A stretch of 64,000 nt of DNA, taken from contig CACJNS010000002.1 of NCBI GenBank assembly GCA_902594855.1, forward strand, positions 18,003-82,002, given 5' to 3'. Position 1 is the stretch's first letter; each line of letters starts with the position of its first letter. Positions 42,530-52,482 of this stretch are shown here, one piece after another. Made by a program: the position numbers and the translations under genes. This DNA is from an uncultured SAR86 cluster bacterium (GTDB lineage Bacteria > Pseudomonadota > Gammaproteobacteria > Magnimaribacterales > AG-339-G14). A model generated the notes under the pieces. The model did not search any database and was not told the DNA's origin. It was given only the letters and a program-made list of their open reading frames with translations.

Positions 42530-43570
42530 ATGGTACTAAAATATTTTAGAGGATTATACTCCAATGATTTATCAATTGATCTTGGAACGGCAAATACTCT
42601 TGTTTACGTCCGAGATAAAGGAATTGTCCTCAATGAACCAAGTGTAGTTGCCATTAGAAAAACTGAAGGGGCAAGAACAGTAGTAGCAGTTGGAACTGAA
42701 GCAAAAAGGATGCTTGGAAGAGTACCAGGAAACATTGAAGCTATAAGACCACTGAAAGATGGAGTGATAGCAGATTTTCAGGTTACTGAGAAAATGCTTC
42801 AACACTTCATTCAACAAGTTCATGGCGATAACTTTATGCGACCTAGCCCGAGAATTCTCGTGTGCGTACCTTGTCAGTCAACACAAGTGGAGCGAAGAGC
42901 AATCAGAGAGTCTGTGCTTGGAGCTGGGGCAAGAGAAGTAAGATTAATAGAAGAGCCCATGGCGGCTGCAATTGGAGCAGGACTTCCTGTAGAGGAGGCT
43001 TTTGGATCCATGGTAGTTGATATTGGTGGCGGTACCACTGAGGTTGCAATTCTGGCGCTTAATGGAGTGGTTTACTCAAATTCACTAAAAACTGGTGGAG
43101 ACAGGCTTAATGAATCAATAATTTCTTATTTAAGAAGAAAATATGGAATTCTCATTGGTGAATCTACTGCTGAAAGAATAAAAGAAACTATTGGATGTGC
43201 TACCCCTGAAAGTGAGTTACAAGAGATGGAAATCAGAGGGCGTAATTTAGCTGAGGGTGTGCCTAACACTCTTTCTATTTCAAGTTTAGAAGTATATGAA
43301 GCAATGTCTGGCCCTCTATCTTCTATATTGCAAGCAATTAAAAATGGCCTTGAGCAATCTCCGCCTGAGCTGAGTTCCGATATATCAGAAAGAGGAATTG
43401 TTTTGACTGGTGGAGGAGCCTTACTCAGAGACCTTGATGTTATGATCTCAGAACAAACAGGTATACCTGTTATCCCAGCTGATGATCCTCTTACTTGCGT
43501 TGCAAGAGGAGGGGGAGTTGCCCTAGAAATAATGGATAAATACGATATCGATCTTTTATCAACAGATTAA
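42530..43570 (+). CDS. mreB: rod shape-determining protein MreB
   Basis: [26 protein letters not shown] and VLTGGGALL motifs. Confidence 0.99.
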   Translation: MVLKYFRGLYSNDLSIDLGTANTLVYVRDKGIVLNEPSVVAIRKTEGARTVVAVGTEAKRMLGRVPGNIEAIRPLKDGVIADFQVTEKMLQHFIQQVHGDNFMRPSPRILVCVPCQSTQVERRAIRESVLGAGAREVRLIEEPMAAAIGAGLPVEEAFGSMVVDIGGGTTEVAILALNGVVYSNSLKTGGDRLNESIISYLRRKYGILIGESTAERIKETIGCATPESELQEMEIRGRNLAEGVPNTLSISSLEVYEAMSGPLSSILQAIKNGLEQSPPELSSDISERGIVLTGGGALLRDLDVMISEQTGIPVIPADDPLTCVARGGGVALEIMDKYDIDLLSTD

Positions 43571-43579
43571 TAATCCCTT

Positions 43580-44425
43580 ATGGCCAAGGAGCATAAACAA
43601 GCTGTAATTGCTCAAAAAGCCATTTTTACAACTGGCTCCATGAGGCTTTCCAGAGTGGTTCCATCTATACTCTTTGCCATTTTAATTCTCGCAGCTGACG
43701 TTCGATTTAATGTAGGTGAAAAAGTAAAGATTTATGTTGGCTTTGCAACTGAGCCTATTATTTATATACCGCAGTTTGTAAGAGGAGGATGGATTTCTTT
43801 TTCTGATTATTTCGAGGATAGGGAAATATTACAAAATGAAATACTTCGCTTAGAAAAAGACGTCGATGATCAAAGATTCAATCTTATAAATTATGAAAGG
43901 GTCCTTCAGGAAAATATAGAACTGAAAAAATTACTGGGATACCTAGAAAAGACTAGTAAAAAAGAGTTCATCTATGGCGAAATAGAGGAGATAAATTATG
44001 CTCCTAAACCTTCACTAACTGTGGGGATTGATAGGAGTCAAAGAGCAGATCAAATGGTAGCATTTAATTGGACGGGCTTGATAGGATCGGTAGAATTATC
44101 AGCAGGTTCCAAAGTTGAAATTAAACCAATCTTTGCCGAAGATTCTCAAATTCCTATAAGGAATAGAAGGACAAATTCAAACATGATTTTGGTTGGAACT
44201 GACATGCCTCAGAATTTTTTAATTAAAGGATTAAAGAAAAACGAAGATATTGTTCCAGGCGATAAACTTGTAACATCTGGTCTTGGCAAGAAATATCCCA
44301 AGGGAATTGATGTAGGAATAGTTAATAAAATTTCAGCAACATCAAATAATGAATTTTTAGAAATTGAGGTACTAGGAACTTCAGAATTTAGTTCCGGCGA
44401 TCAAATTTTGTTAACTTTACCGTAA
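43580..44425 (+). CDS. mreC: rod shape-determining protein MreC
   Basis: TM, coiled coil (ENIELKKLL) and GDKLVTSGLGKKYPKG. Confidence 0.93.
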   Translation: MAKEHKQAVIAQKAIFTTGSMRLSRVVPSILFAILILAADVRFNVGEKVKIYVGFATEPIIYIPQFVRGGWISFSDYFEDREILQNEILRLEKDVDDQRFNLINYERVLQENIELKKLLGYLEKTSKKEFIYGEIEEINYAPKPSLTVGIDRSQRADQMVAFNWTGLIGSVELSAGSKVEIKPIFAEDSQIPIRNRRTNSNMILVGTDMPQNFLIKGLKKNEDIVPGDKLVTSGLGKKYPKGIDVGIVNKISATSNNEFLEIEVLGTSEFSSGDQILLTLP

Positions 44426-44937
44426 TGGCTTATTTTTCTTCAAGAAATCCTAATAAGACTTTTTCCACTCAATTAGCAATTGGCATTTCATTAATATTTG
44501 GAGTTTTTTTTCAATCGCTCTTAAATTTCTTTTCATTGGAAATTTATGGATCTTCCATTCCAATTACTTTAATGATTCTAATCTATTGGAATATTGCTTT
44601 ACCAAAAAATATTGGTCTGTCTTGGTCATTTATTTCAGGGATTCTTTTAGATTTGAATCTGGGATATTTTTTAGGATCTCATGTAATTTTATTTTTATTT
44701 ATTTCTTATTTAACTCAGAGATATTTTCATCGTATTAGAGCTATGTTTCAAATTCAACAATCTCTCTTGATAGCAAGTATCGTATTTCTTTATCTTTTAA
44801 GTCTTTATGTTTTTTTTCAGGAATTCAGTTTTTTTGTCATCCTTGCAATTATATTAAATAGTTCGATCTCAGCTTTTGTATGGCCAATTTTATTTGGATT
44901 ATTAAGGATCATCAGAAGAAAATATACCTATGCGTAA
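44425..44937 (+). CDS. mreD: rod shape-determining protein MreD
   Basis: Hydrophobic; LIYWNIALP...GILLD; follows mreC. Confidence 0.88.
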   Translation: MAYFSSRNPNKTFSTQLAIGISLIFGVFFQSLLNFFSLEIYGSSIPITLMILIYWNIALPKNIGLSWSFISGILLDLNLGYFLGSHVILFLFISYLTQRYFHRIRAMFQIQQSLLIASIVFLYLLSLYVFFQEFSFFVILAIILNSSISAFVWPILFGLLRIIRRKYTYA

Positions 44938-46268
44938 ACGACAGATGCAAATCCAAGGAAAGTAAAAAAACCAACGATATCCGTTATTGTTGTAACTATT
45001 ACTCCACCGCCAATGGCAGGATCAAATTTTAATTTTCTCAATACCAGAGGTATGGAGATACCTGACAAGGCTGCTGAAATTAAATTAATGGTCATAGAGA
45101 AGATAATAATTAAGAAGATATCAAAATCTTTAAACCAAAATGAAGCTATTAAACCTAAAATTATTGACCAAAAAAGACCGTTCCAAAAAGAAACAATTAA
45201 TTCTCTAGATAATATCCATTTTAAGTTGCCTGAAACTATTTGACCTAATGCCAAGCCCCTCACTGTAATGGCAAGAGTTTGAGTTGCAGCAACACCGCCC
45301 ATACTCGCAATAATTGGCATTAAAACTGCTAAAAATATGACTTTTTCAATAGTATCTTGGAAGAGATTAATAACTGAAGAAGCAAGAAGAGCTGTTATGA
45401 GGTTTGCACCCAACCACAAGCCTCGAGATCTTAAAGCTAAGAAGGTTTCTTGAAAAGTATCCCTACTTAAACCTGAAATTTGTCTGAAGGGCTGATCAAC
45501 TTCTTCTTTGATAGAATCAATGACATCATCAATGGTAATTCTTCCTAAAAGTTCACCATCATCGTTAGTGACTGGAGCAGAAATTAGATGATTACGTTCA
45601 AATAATCTATCTACTTCTTTTTCTGAGTTCGTAGCAAGCAAAGAATGAAATTTTCTGATCATCAAGTCTTCGGCTTTCTCTGAACTTTTGGCGGATAAGA
45701 TCTTAGTAAGAGGCAAATTTCCTCTTAAAACATTATTTCTATTCACAACAAAGACTTTATCCATATCCTGAGGAAGCTCATCTCTAATCCTAAGGTAACG
45801 TCTTATCACTTCAATAGTATGAGAGGGTCTTACCACCACAACGTCAGGATTCATCATTCTTCCTGCAGTACCTTTGGCAAAAGAGAGATCTTTACTAACA
45901 AGCGTTCTGTTTTGGCTTGACATTGCTTTCAAAACATCTCGAATTACCTTTTCAGGCAATTCCTGAATAATTTCAACTATTTCATCCGCTTCAAGCTTTT
46001 CTGTTACTTGAGCAACCTCAGTTGCATCCATATTAGAAAGGAAGAATTCTCTTACCTCTATTGATAACTCATTTAATACTTCTCCTTCGACATTAAAATC
46101 TACAAGCTCCCATAAAATTCTTCTGTTATATGGGCTACTTGATTCTAAAGCTGATGCAATATCAAAGGGCGACATGCTATTAAACATGCCTCTAATAAGT
46201 TCAAATCTTTTTTTTGTGAGTTGTTTTTGGATTTCTTCAGAGAGAGAAATGTCGCTTCCTTGGATCAT
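44928..46268 (-). CDS. mgtE: magnesium transporter MgtE
   Basis: TAGRMM, CBS pair, GRITIDD, PIIASMGG and DPA...TTITD motifs. Confidence 0.96.
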   Translation of the reverse strand: MIQGSDISLSEEIQKQLTKKRFELIRGMFNSMSPFDIASALESSSPYNRRILWELVDFNVEGEVLNELSIEVREFFLSNMDATEVAQVTEKLEADEIVEIIQELPEKVIRDVLKAMSSQNRTLVSKDLSFAKGTAGRMMNPDVVVVRPSHTIEVIRRYLRIRDELPQDMDKVFVVNRNNVLRGNLPLTKILSAKSSEKAEDLMIRKFHSLLATNSEKEVDRLFERNHLISAPVTNDDGELLGRITIDDVIDSIKEEVDQPFRQISGLSRDTFQETFLALRSRGLWLGANLITALLASSVINLFQDTIEKVIFLAVLMPIIASMGGVAATQTLAITVRGLALGQIVSGNLKWILSRELIVSFWNGLFWSIILGLIASFWFKDFDIFLIIIFSMTINLISAALSGISIPLVLRKLKFDPAIGGGVIVTTITDIVGFFTFLGFASVVYA

Positions 46269-46279
46269 CTCAAGAAATT

Positions 46280-46996
46280 TTAAGTTAAATTTTCGCCTAA
46301 ATAAATTTGTTGAACGGTATTATTTTCTTTAATGCTGGAAGGATTACCCGATGCAATTATTTCTCCATTATTAATAACCGAAATATTGTCACAAATATCC
46401 ATTGTTGCTTGAGCATTGTGATCACTTATAACGACACCGACATTTTTGGCACGAAGTTTTGAAATAATATTTTTGATTTCATTTATTGTTAATGGATCAA
46501 TCCCTGCAAAAGGTTCGTCTAATAAAATAAATTTAGGTTCAAGTGCAAAAGCTCTGGCTATCTCAAGTTTTCTTCTTTGGCCGCCCGAAAGATTTTCGGA
46601 GATTTGTTTTTCTAAACTAAGAAGATCAAATTCTTTCATTATGCTTGTATATTTATCTTCTATTTCAATATTTTTGAATTTAGTCTGCAGGGCAGCTTTA
46701 ATATTATCTGCAACTGATAGTTTTCTAAAAACAGATGGTTCTTGTGGCAAATAAATTATCCCTTTTGAAGCTCTAAAAGAAATATCCCTGAAAGTAATAT
46801 CGTATTCATCAAGAAAAATTTTTCCTGAGGTAGTGATCTCCAAACCAGAGATTAAAGAAAATAAAGTAGTTTTCCCTGCACCGTTAGGTCCCAGTAGACC
46901 AAATACTTCAGAGCTTCTTATTTGAAGATTGATCCCGTGTAAGATTTCTTTTTTCTTAAAGCTTTTTTTAATATTTTTGAGTTCAAGAGTTTTCAC
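46280..46996 (-). CDS. lptB: LPS export ABC transporter ATPase LptB
   Basis: GPNGAGKTT, YLPQEPSVFRKL, LSGGQRR, DEPFAGIDP and SDHN motifs. Confidence 0.95.
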   Translation of the reverse strand: MKTLELKNIKKSFKKKEILHGINLQIRSSEVFGLLGPNGAGKTTLFSLISGLEITTSGKIFLDEYDITFRDISFRASKGIIYLPQEPSVFRKLSVADNIKAALQTKFKNIEIEDKYTSIMKEFDLLSLEKQISENLSGGQRRKLEIARAFALEPKFILLDEPFAGIDPLTINEIKNIISKLRAKNVGVVISDHNAQATMDICDNISVINNGEIIASGNPSSIKENNTVQQIYLGENLT

Positions 46997-47702
46997 TTTT
47001 GATCCTCAAATTTTTCGAATTTAAAATGCTGTTATTTTCATAGTCAAAAACGATATCTGCACCAGAGATATTTTTCCCATCAATATAAATGCTTGATGTT
47101 CCAGAAAGATATAAAAGCTTTCTTTTTAAATCTATTTTAATTTCATTAGAAAGCCCTTTAAAAATATTCTTTTTAGCAAAACTTATAGGATTTCCAGACA
47201 CAGAAATCAATTCATCAGACAAAGAAACTTCTTTCCCTGAAAAGGTAATATCATTGTGGTTCAGATTCAGATTATTTGAACTTAAATATTCTTTATCAAT
47301 ATCTACAAAAACTTTTTCTGCAAAAAGCTCTATCTTTTCTTTATCTTTGATAAGGTTCACATTTATTTTTTCTGATAGATCAAACTGATTACTCTCAAAG
47401 AAAAAAACACCCTTATTTGCAGACAAGTTTACTAGATAGCTATCTTTATTATTTATTTCAATTTTAGGTTTGAAGATTGATAAGTTATCGGAATTAGAGA
47501 GAGCATTAATCATCTCGCTTTCGATGGTGTAAAGAATTTCTTTATTCTTTGAAGAAGCTCTAATTTCAATTTCTTTTGCATTGAAAATTGAAGAATTATT
47601 TTCTTTTGAGGAAAGAGACTCATTTTCAATTGTTATAAAAAGAAACGAGCCTGTTAGCGCTAATGCTAGGACACAATAAACAATTAATCTCCATCCCATC
47701 AA
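46983..47702 (-). CDS. LptC-like protein with an LptA-like C-terminal half (apparent fusion)
   Basis: N-terminal TM plus LptC-like jellyroll, then SGNPISF...LYLSG...ISGADIVFD resembling the LptA C-terminus. Sole gene between kdsD and lptB. Confidence 0.7.
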   Translation of the reverse strand: MMGWRLIVYCVLALALTGSFLFITIENESLSSKENNSSIFNAKEIEIRASSKNKEILYTIESEMINALSNSDNLSIFKPKIEINNKDSYLVNLSANKGVFFFESNQFDLSEKINVNLIKDKEKIELFAEKVFVDIDKEYLSSNNLNLNHNDITFSGKEVSLSDELISVSGNPISFAKKNIFKGLSNEIKIDLKRKLLYLSGTSSIYIDGKNISGADIVFDYENNSILNSKNLRIKSENS

Positions 47703-48667
47703 AATACTCTTGATTCATTCAACTCATGCATCCTTATGACACCAATAACTTTTTTTTGATTTTTTACAACCAAGCTATAGATTTTATTCTTGGACATGAT
47801 CTCTCTAGCTAAGTAGGCATTTTTATTATGCTCAATGCTTTTAAAAGATTTTGTCATTACTTTTGATATTGATAAATTTCTTATATCGATTTTTTTATTA
47901 AGAGTTCTTCTCAAATCACCATCAGTGAAAATTGCATTAATGGTTTGTTTTGAATTTTTAACTAAACAAAACCCTAAGCCAAATTGTGTAATGACTTTAA
48001 TTGCCTCTAAGATAGAAGTATTTTCTTTTACTATGGGTATTTCTTTAATATCAATCATTAGATCTTTCGCAAGGAGAAATCTTTTTCCTAATTTCCCGCC
48101 TGGATGATTCTCTGCAAATTCTTTTGGACTGAATCTATTATTTTTTAGTAATGCAATAGATATTGCATCCCCTAATATAAGCATGAATGAAGTGCTTGTT
48201 GTAGGTGCTAAATTATTTGGACAAGCTTCTTTATCTACTTTTGCTTCTAGATGTACCAGTGATTTTTTGGCAATAGAAGACTCTTTATTGCCAGTAATTG
48301 AAAGAATATTCTTTGTCTTTTTTATGAGGCCGCTAAGTATAAAAACAATTTCATCGGTTTCGCCTGAATTTGAAATTATCAAAATTCCATCACTTTTGGA
48401 AATAGCTCCAAGATCACCATGACTAGCTTCTGATGGATTAATAAAAAAAGAAGGAGTGCCAGTGCTTGATAAAGTAGAAGAAATTTTTGCAGCAATGTGG
48501 CCTGATTTACCAACACCCATCAAAACTAATTTTCCCTTAAGATTTTTTATATTATTGCAAATTGAATTGAAATCTTTTTTAGATAGACAATCTAAAGAGT
48601 GATTTATTGATGAAATTTCATCCTTAAAAGTTTTTTTAGCATGAATGAAAAAGTTATTTGTAGTCAT
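47699..48667 (-). CDS. kdsD: arabinose-5-phosphate isomerase
   Basis: GVGKSGHIA, EASHGDLG, EACPNNLAPTTS and HPGGKLG motifs, CBS pair. Confidence 0.95.
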   Translation of the reverse strand: MTTNNFFIHAKKTFKDEISSINHSLDCLSKKDFNSICNNIKNLKGKLVLMGVGKSGHIAAKISSTLSSTGTPSFFINPSEASHGDLGAISKSDGILIISNSGETDEIVFILSGLIKKTKNILSITGNKESSIAKKSLVHLEAKVDKEACPNNLAPTTSTSFMLILGDAISIALLKNNRFSPKEFAENHPGGKLGKRFLLAKDLMIDIKEIPIVKENTSILEAIKVITQFGLGFCLVKNSKQTINAIFTDGDLRRTLNKKIDIRNLSISKVMTKSFKSIEHNKNAYLAREIMSKNKIYSLVVKNQKKVIGVIRMHELNESRVF

Positions 48668-48711
48668 TATTTTTAAATTTCATTAAAGAACATATAGTAA
48701 ACTTAGAAACC

Positions 48712-49332
48712 ATGTTAGGGAAATTTGCTTCACAGATTAATTTTATATTAATTGCATTGCTGTTATTGATTCATCCTGTCTACGCAGATGATGAATTAGA
48801 TGATTATGTCAATAATCAACATGAAAAAATATTTTCATTCTTGAAGGAAAATACCGAAATTTTGAGTGAAAACAATCGAATTGATCTTATAGAGAAAGAA
48901 TTTTCAGGACTTATTTCTATAAGCGAAATATCCAAACGGGTTATGGGTAAGAAATATTTCATGAGCGCCTCAGAGGAACAAAGAAAGAGATTTACAAACA
49001 AATTCAAGGAGACTTTTTTTAACACTTATTCGAGTGCTTTAAGTAATTTAGAGGACCAAAAAATTGAAGTAATAGGTCATGCTCATCCAAAGGATAAGCC
49101 CAATGCAGCAATCGTAAGAGTGAGAATAACATCAGGTGAGGATTCATATGATCTCAATTATCAAATGATAAAAAAGAAAAATAGATGGGGAGTTATTAAT
49201 ATAATTTTCAGTGGAGTGAATATCGTTTCTATTTTTAAGACTCAATTCTCATCTCTTGCCTCTGAATATCAAAATGATCTTGATAAAGTAATTGATAACT
49301 GGGAAATTTCAGATATTAGGCAGAATTCTTAA
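48712..49332 (+). CDS. mlaC: phospholipid-binding periplasmic protein MlaC (Ttg2D)
   Basis: Signal peptide, SKRVMGKKY...ASEEQRKRF and W.VINIIFSGVNIVSIFKTQF; upstream of murA. Confidence 0.85.
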   Translation: MLGKFASQINFILIALLLLIHPVYADDELDDYVNNQHEKIFSFLKENTEILSENNRIDLIEKEFSGLISISEISKRVMGKKYFMSASEEQRKRFTNKFKETFFNTYSSALSNLEDQKIEVIGHAHPKDKPNAAIVRVRITSGEDSYDLNYQMIKKKNRWGVINIIFSGVNIVSIFKTQFSSLASEYQNDLDKVIDNWEISDIRQNS

Positions 49333-50598
49333 ATGGATAAATTGGTCGTCGAGGGCGGTTTTCAGCTTAATGGTTCTATCACATCATCCGGAGCAAAAAA
49401 TTCTGCCTTGCCAATCCTAGCTGCATCAATTCTCCTCGATGACACAATAATTATAAAAAATATTCCGCATCTTAATGATGTCACAACTATGCTTGAATTG
49501 CTTGGTTCTATGGGGGTCGATATGACTTTATCTGAAGACATGGAAGTGGAATTAGATCCATCAGGTTTGAATGATGTAGGTGCAAGATATGAATTGGTAA
49601 AAACAATGAGGGCATCCGTGCTAGTTTTGGGGCCTCTTTTAGCAAAAACTGGCTACGCTAAAGTAGCTCTTCCAGGCGGATGTGCAATCGGCAGTCGCCC
49701 AGTCAATCTTCACATTGATATTATGAAGAAAATGGGCTCACAAATTTTTATAAAAGATGGATACATAGAGGCGAAGTCTAAGGGTAGGCTTAAAGGTTGT
49801 GAGTTTCACTTTGATCTTGTAAGCGTGACTGCAACTGAGAATGCTCTTATGGCAGCATGTTTGGCAGAAGGAAAGACAATACTCAAAAACTGCGCAAGGG
49901 AGCCAGAGGTATCTGATCTAGCAAATTGTTTAAATTATTGCGGTGCAAAAATATCTGGAATTGGATCTGATGAACTGGTTATTGAAGGAGTAAAAGAATT
50001 ACACGGAACATCTTTCTCAATAATGCCTGATAGAATCGAAACTGCAACATATTTAGTTGCAACCACTATGACAGGCGGTGAGATTACTATTAAGAACTGT
50101 CAACCAAATTCCTTGGGCGCAGTAATTACTAAATTAGAAGAGGCTGGAGCTAATATAATTTGTAGTGATAATGAAATTAATTTAAAAATGAAAGAAGATT
50201 TACCAAAATCAACTTCTCTTAGCACCGCACCGTTTCCTTCATTTCCAACAGATATGCAAGCACAGTTCATAGCCCTGAATTCCATTTCCAATGGGTCTGC
50301 AACTGTTACTGAAACTGTATTTGAAAATAGGTTTATGCATGTAAATGAACTCATAAGAATGGGAGGAGACATAGAACTGAGGGGAAATACTGCCTTTATA
50401 AAAGGCAAAGGCAGGAAATTAATCGCAGCTCCGGTAATGGCTACAGATTTAAGAGCTTCAGCTAGTCTAGTCTTAGCAGGCCTTGTTGCCAAAGGAGAAA
50501 CTTTAGTTGATAGGATTTATCACATTGATAGAGGATACGAAAGAATCGAGGAAAAACTTAAGCTTTTGGGCGCAAAAATAGAAAGGATTTCAGCATGA
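49333..50598 (+). CDS. murA: UDP-N-acetylglucosamine enolpyruvyl transferase
   Basis: [23 protein letters not shown] (catalytic Cys retained), FPTDMQ and HIDRGY motifs. Confidence 0.99.
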   Translation: MDKLVVEGGFQLNGSITSSGAKNSALPILAASILLDDTIIIKNIPHLNDVTTMLELLGSMGVDMTLSEDMEVELDPSGLNDVGARYELVKTMRASVLVLGPLLAKTGYAKVALPGGCAIGSRPVNLHIDIMKKMGSQIFIKDGYIEAKSKGRLKGCEFHFDLVSVTATENALMAACLAEGKTILKNCAREPEVSDLANCLNYCGAKISGIGSDELVIEGVKELHGTSFSIMPDRIETATYLVATTMTGGEITIKNCQPNSLGAVITKLEEAGANIICSDNEINLKMKEDLPKSTSLSTAPFPSFPTDMQAQFIALNSISNGSATVTETVFENRFMHVNELIRMGGDIELRGNTAFIKGKGRKLIAAPVMATDLRASASLVLAGLVAKGETLVDRIYHIDRGYERIEEKLKLLGAKIERISA

Positions 50599-51200
50599 TA
50601 TTAATTGGATTACCAAAAGGAAGAATCTATAAGGAAATAAGGCAGTTACTAGAGAACTCAGGAATACATTTAAAGGAAGATAAAAGAAAATTAATTTTTG
50701 GTTCCTCAGAAAAGAATATTCAGTTTTCTATTCTTCGAGGTTGGGACATTCCTAAGTTCGTAAGTTATGGAGCAGTTGATATTGGAATCGTTGGAAAAGA
50801 TGTTCTTTTGGAAACAGAAGAAGAAAATTTTTTTGAAGTCCTAGATCTAGAGATTGGGAAATGTAGATTATCTTTGGCTGCTAAAGAAAAAAAAGTCAGT
50901 GAATTAGCTGGTTCTACTATAGCCTCAAAATTTCCCAAAGAAACAAATAATTTTCTATCAGAAAATTTTATAGATGCTGAAATAATTGAGTTGAAAGGAT
51001 CTATTGAAATTGCTCCTATTTTGGGAATATCGGACTATATTGTTGACTTAGTTAATACAGGCAATACTCTGAAAGAAAACGGATTGAAGGAACTTAAAGT
51101 TATAAAGGAGATCTCGACTAGACTGATTGTCAATAAATCAAAATTTAGAACAAAAAATAAAGAAATTAAAAAATTTATTCAAAGGATTAAGAGTGATTAA
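50595..51200 (+). CDS. hisG: ATP phosphoribosyltransferase, short form
   Basis: [20 protein letters not shown] and DLVNTGNTL motifs; no C-terminal regulatory domain. Confidence 0.95.
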   Translation: MILIGLPKGRIYKEIRQLLENSGIHLKEDKRKLIFGSSEKNIQFSILRGWDIPKFVSYGAVDIGIVGKDVLLETEEENFFEVLDLEIGKCRLSLAAKEKKVSELAGSTIASKFPKETNNFLSENFIDAEIIELKGSIEIAPILGISDYIVDLVNTGNTLKENGLKELKVIKEISTRLIVNKSKFRTKNKEIKKFIQRIKSD

Positions 51201-52482
51201 AAAGATCGAAAGCCATTATTTAGAAGATTATTTAGTAAAAGAAAAAAATCTTCGAAATGAAATCACCGTCACAGATGTTGTAAGAGAAATAATTCAAGAA
51301 GTCAAAGACTATGGAAACGAAGCATTACTTAAATTTATAAATAAACATGAAGGAAAAAAACTTAAATCTATTGATGAAGTTTTATTTAATCAAGATTTTT
51401 TAGAGGATAAGTTCAATTCCTTGAGAGATAAAGATAGAAATATGTTGATCTACATGGCTGAAAGAATAGAAAAATTTCACAATAACGATATTAGATTATC
51501 TGAAGAGCTTGAAGATGACACGGTAGAAAAGTATGGATATTTTTTGAGGCCTATAGATAAAGTAGGCTTGTATGCTCCGGGAGGAAAAGCGCAGTATCCT
51601 TCTTCTGTTCTCATGACGGGTGTTTTAGCTAAGTTAGCAAGAGTTAATGAGATAACCGTTATGTTTCCTGGAAACATTGATGACTTGAATCTTATGTTTG
51701 CGGCTTCTCATTTAATCGGAGCAAAAAGTGTTTTAAATTCTGGTGGGGCGCACACTTTAGCTGCTGTTGCATTCGGGACTGAGTCCATAGGAAGAGTTGA
51801 TAAAGTATTTGGACCAGGAAATAGCTATGTTTCTGAGGCAAAAAGACAACTTTATGGCGAGGTAGGAATTGATTCTCTTAATGGACCATCAGAAGTTGCA
51901 ATTATTGTTGATGAAAACTCTTCAATTGAATATGCAGCGAAGGATTTTTTAGCTCAAGCTGAACATGGTGAGGACTCTAGGTGTTTTCTAATACATCTTC
52001 CAGGCTTTGATTTAAATCAGTTCAATAAAACGTTAAAAAAGAATCTATCAACATCAAAAAGAAAAAAAATTATCAATGAAGCTTTAAAAAATTGTTGCTC
52101 AATTGAAGCCTCATCATTAAAAAATGCTATTTCGTTATCGAATTTAATTATCCCTGAACACTTAGAAATTTTGATTGATGAAATTGATTTAAATCAGATG
52201 CCAGTAATCAAGGCCGGTGCAATTTTTATTGGAGCAGAGGCTTCTGCAGTAATGGGAGATTATTGTGCAGGACCATCACATGTTATTCCTACCGGGGGTC
52301 AAGGAAGATTTAGTTCACAAGTTTCATTGAATGACTTCTTTATAAAAACTTCCTACATTGTTACTTCAAAAAACTCATATAAAAAAAATGGGTACAAAAC
52401 GCTTCTCAGTGAGTCAATAAATATTGCTGAAAGCGAGGGTCTCTGGGAGCACGCTAATGCTCTAAAAGAGAGAGAGAATTAA
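51193..52482 (+). CDS. hisD: histidinol dehydrogenase
   Basis: YAPGGKAQYPSS, GPGNSYV, GPSEV, QAEH, PEHL and GDYCAGPSHV motifs. Start placed at GTG 51193 after AAGGA. Confidence 0.95.
   Translation: MIKKIESHYLEDYLVKEKNLRNEITVTDVVREIIQEVKDYGNEALLKFINKHEGKKLKSIDEVLFNQDFLEDKFNSLRDKDRNMLIYMAERIEKFHNNDIRLSEELEDDTVEKYGYFLRPIDKVGLYAPGGKAQYPSSVLMTGVLAKLARVNEITVMFPGNIDDLNLMFAASHLIGAKSVLNSGGAHTLAAVAFGTESIGRVDKVFGPGNSYVSEAKRQLYGEVGIDSLNGPSEVAIIVDENSSIEYAAKDFLAQAEHGEDSRCFLIHLPGFDLNQFNKTLKKNLSTSKRKKIINEALKNCCSIEASSLKNAISLSNLIIPEHLEILIDEIDLNQMPVIKAGAIFIGAEASAVMGDYCAGPSHVIPTGGQGRFSSQVSLNDFFIKTSYIVTSKNSYKKNGYKTLLSESINIAESEGLWEHANALKEREN

Noticed and set aside
46268-46280. Mg riboswitch upstream of mgtE, or TPP/Moco riboswitch upstream of moeB
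   Set aside because: No intergenic space and no aptamer consensus.
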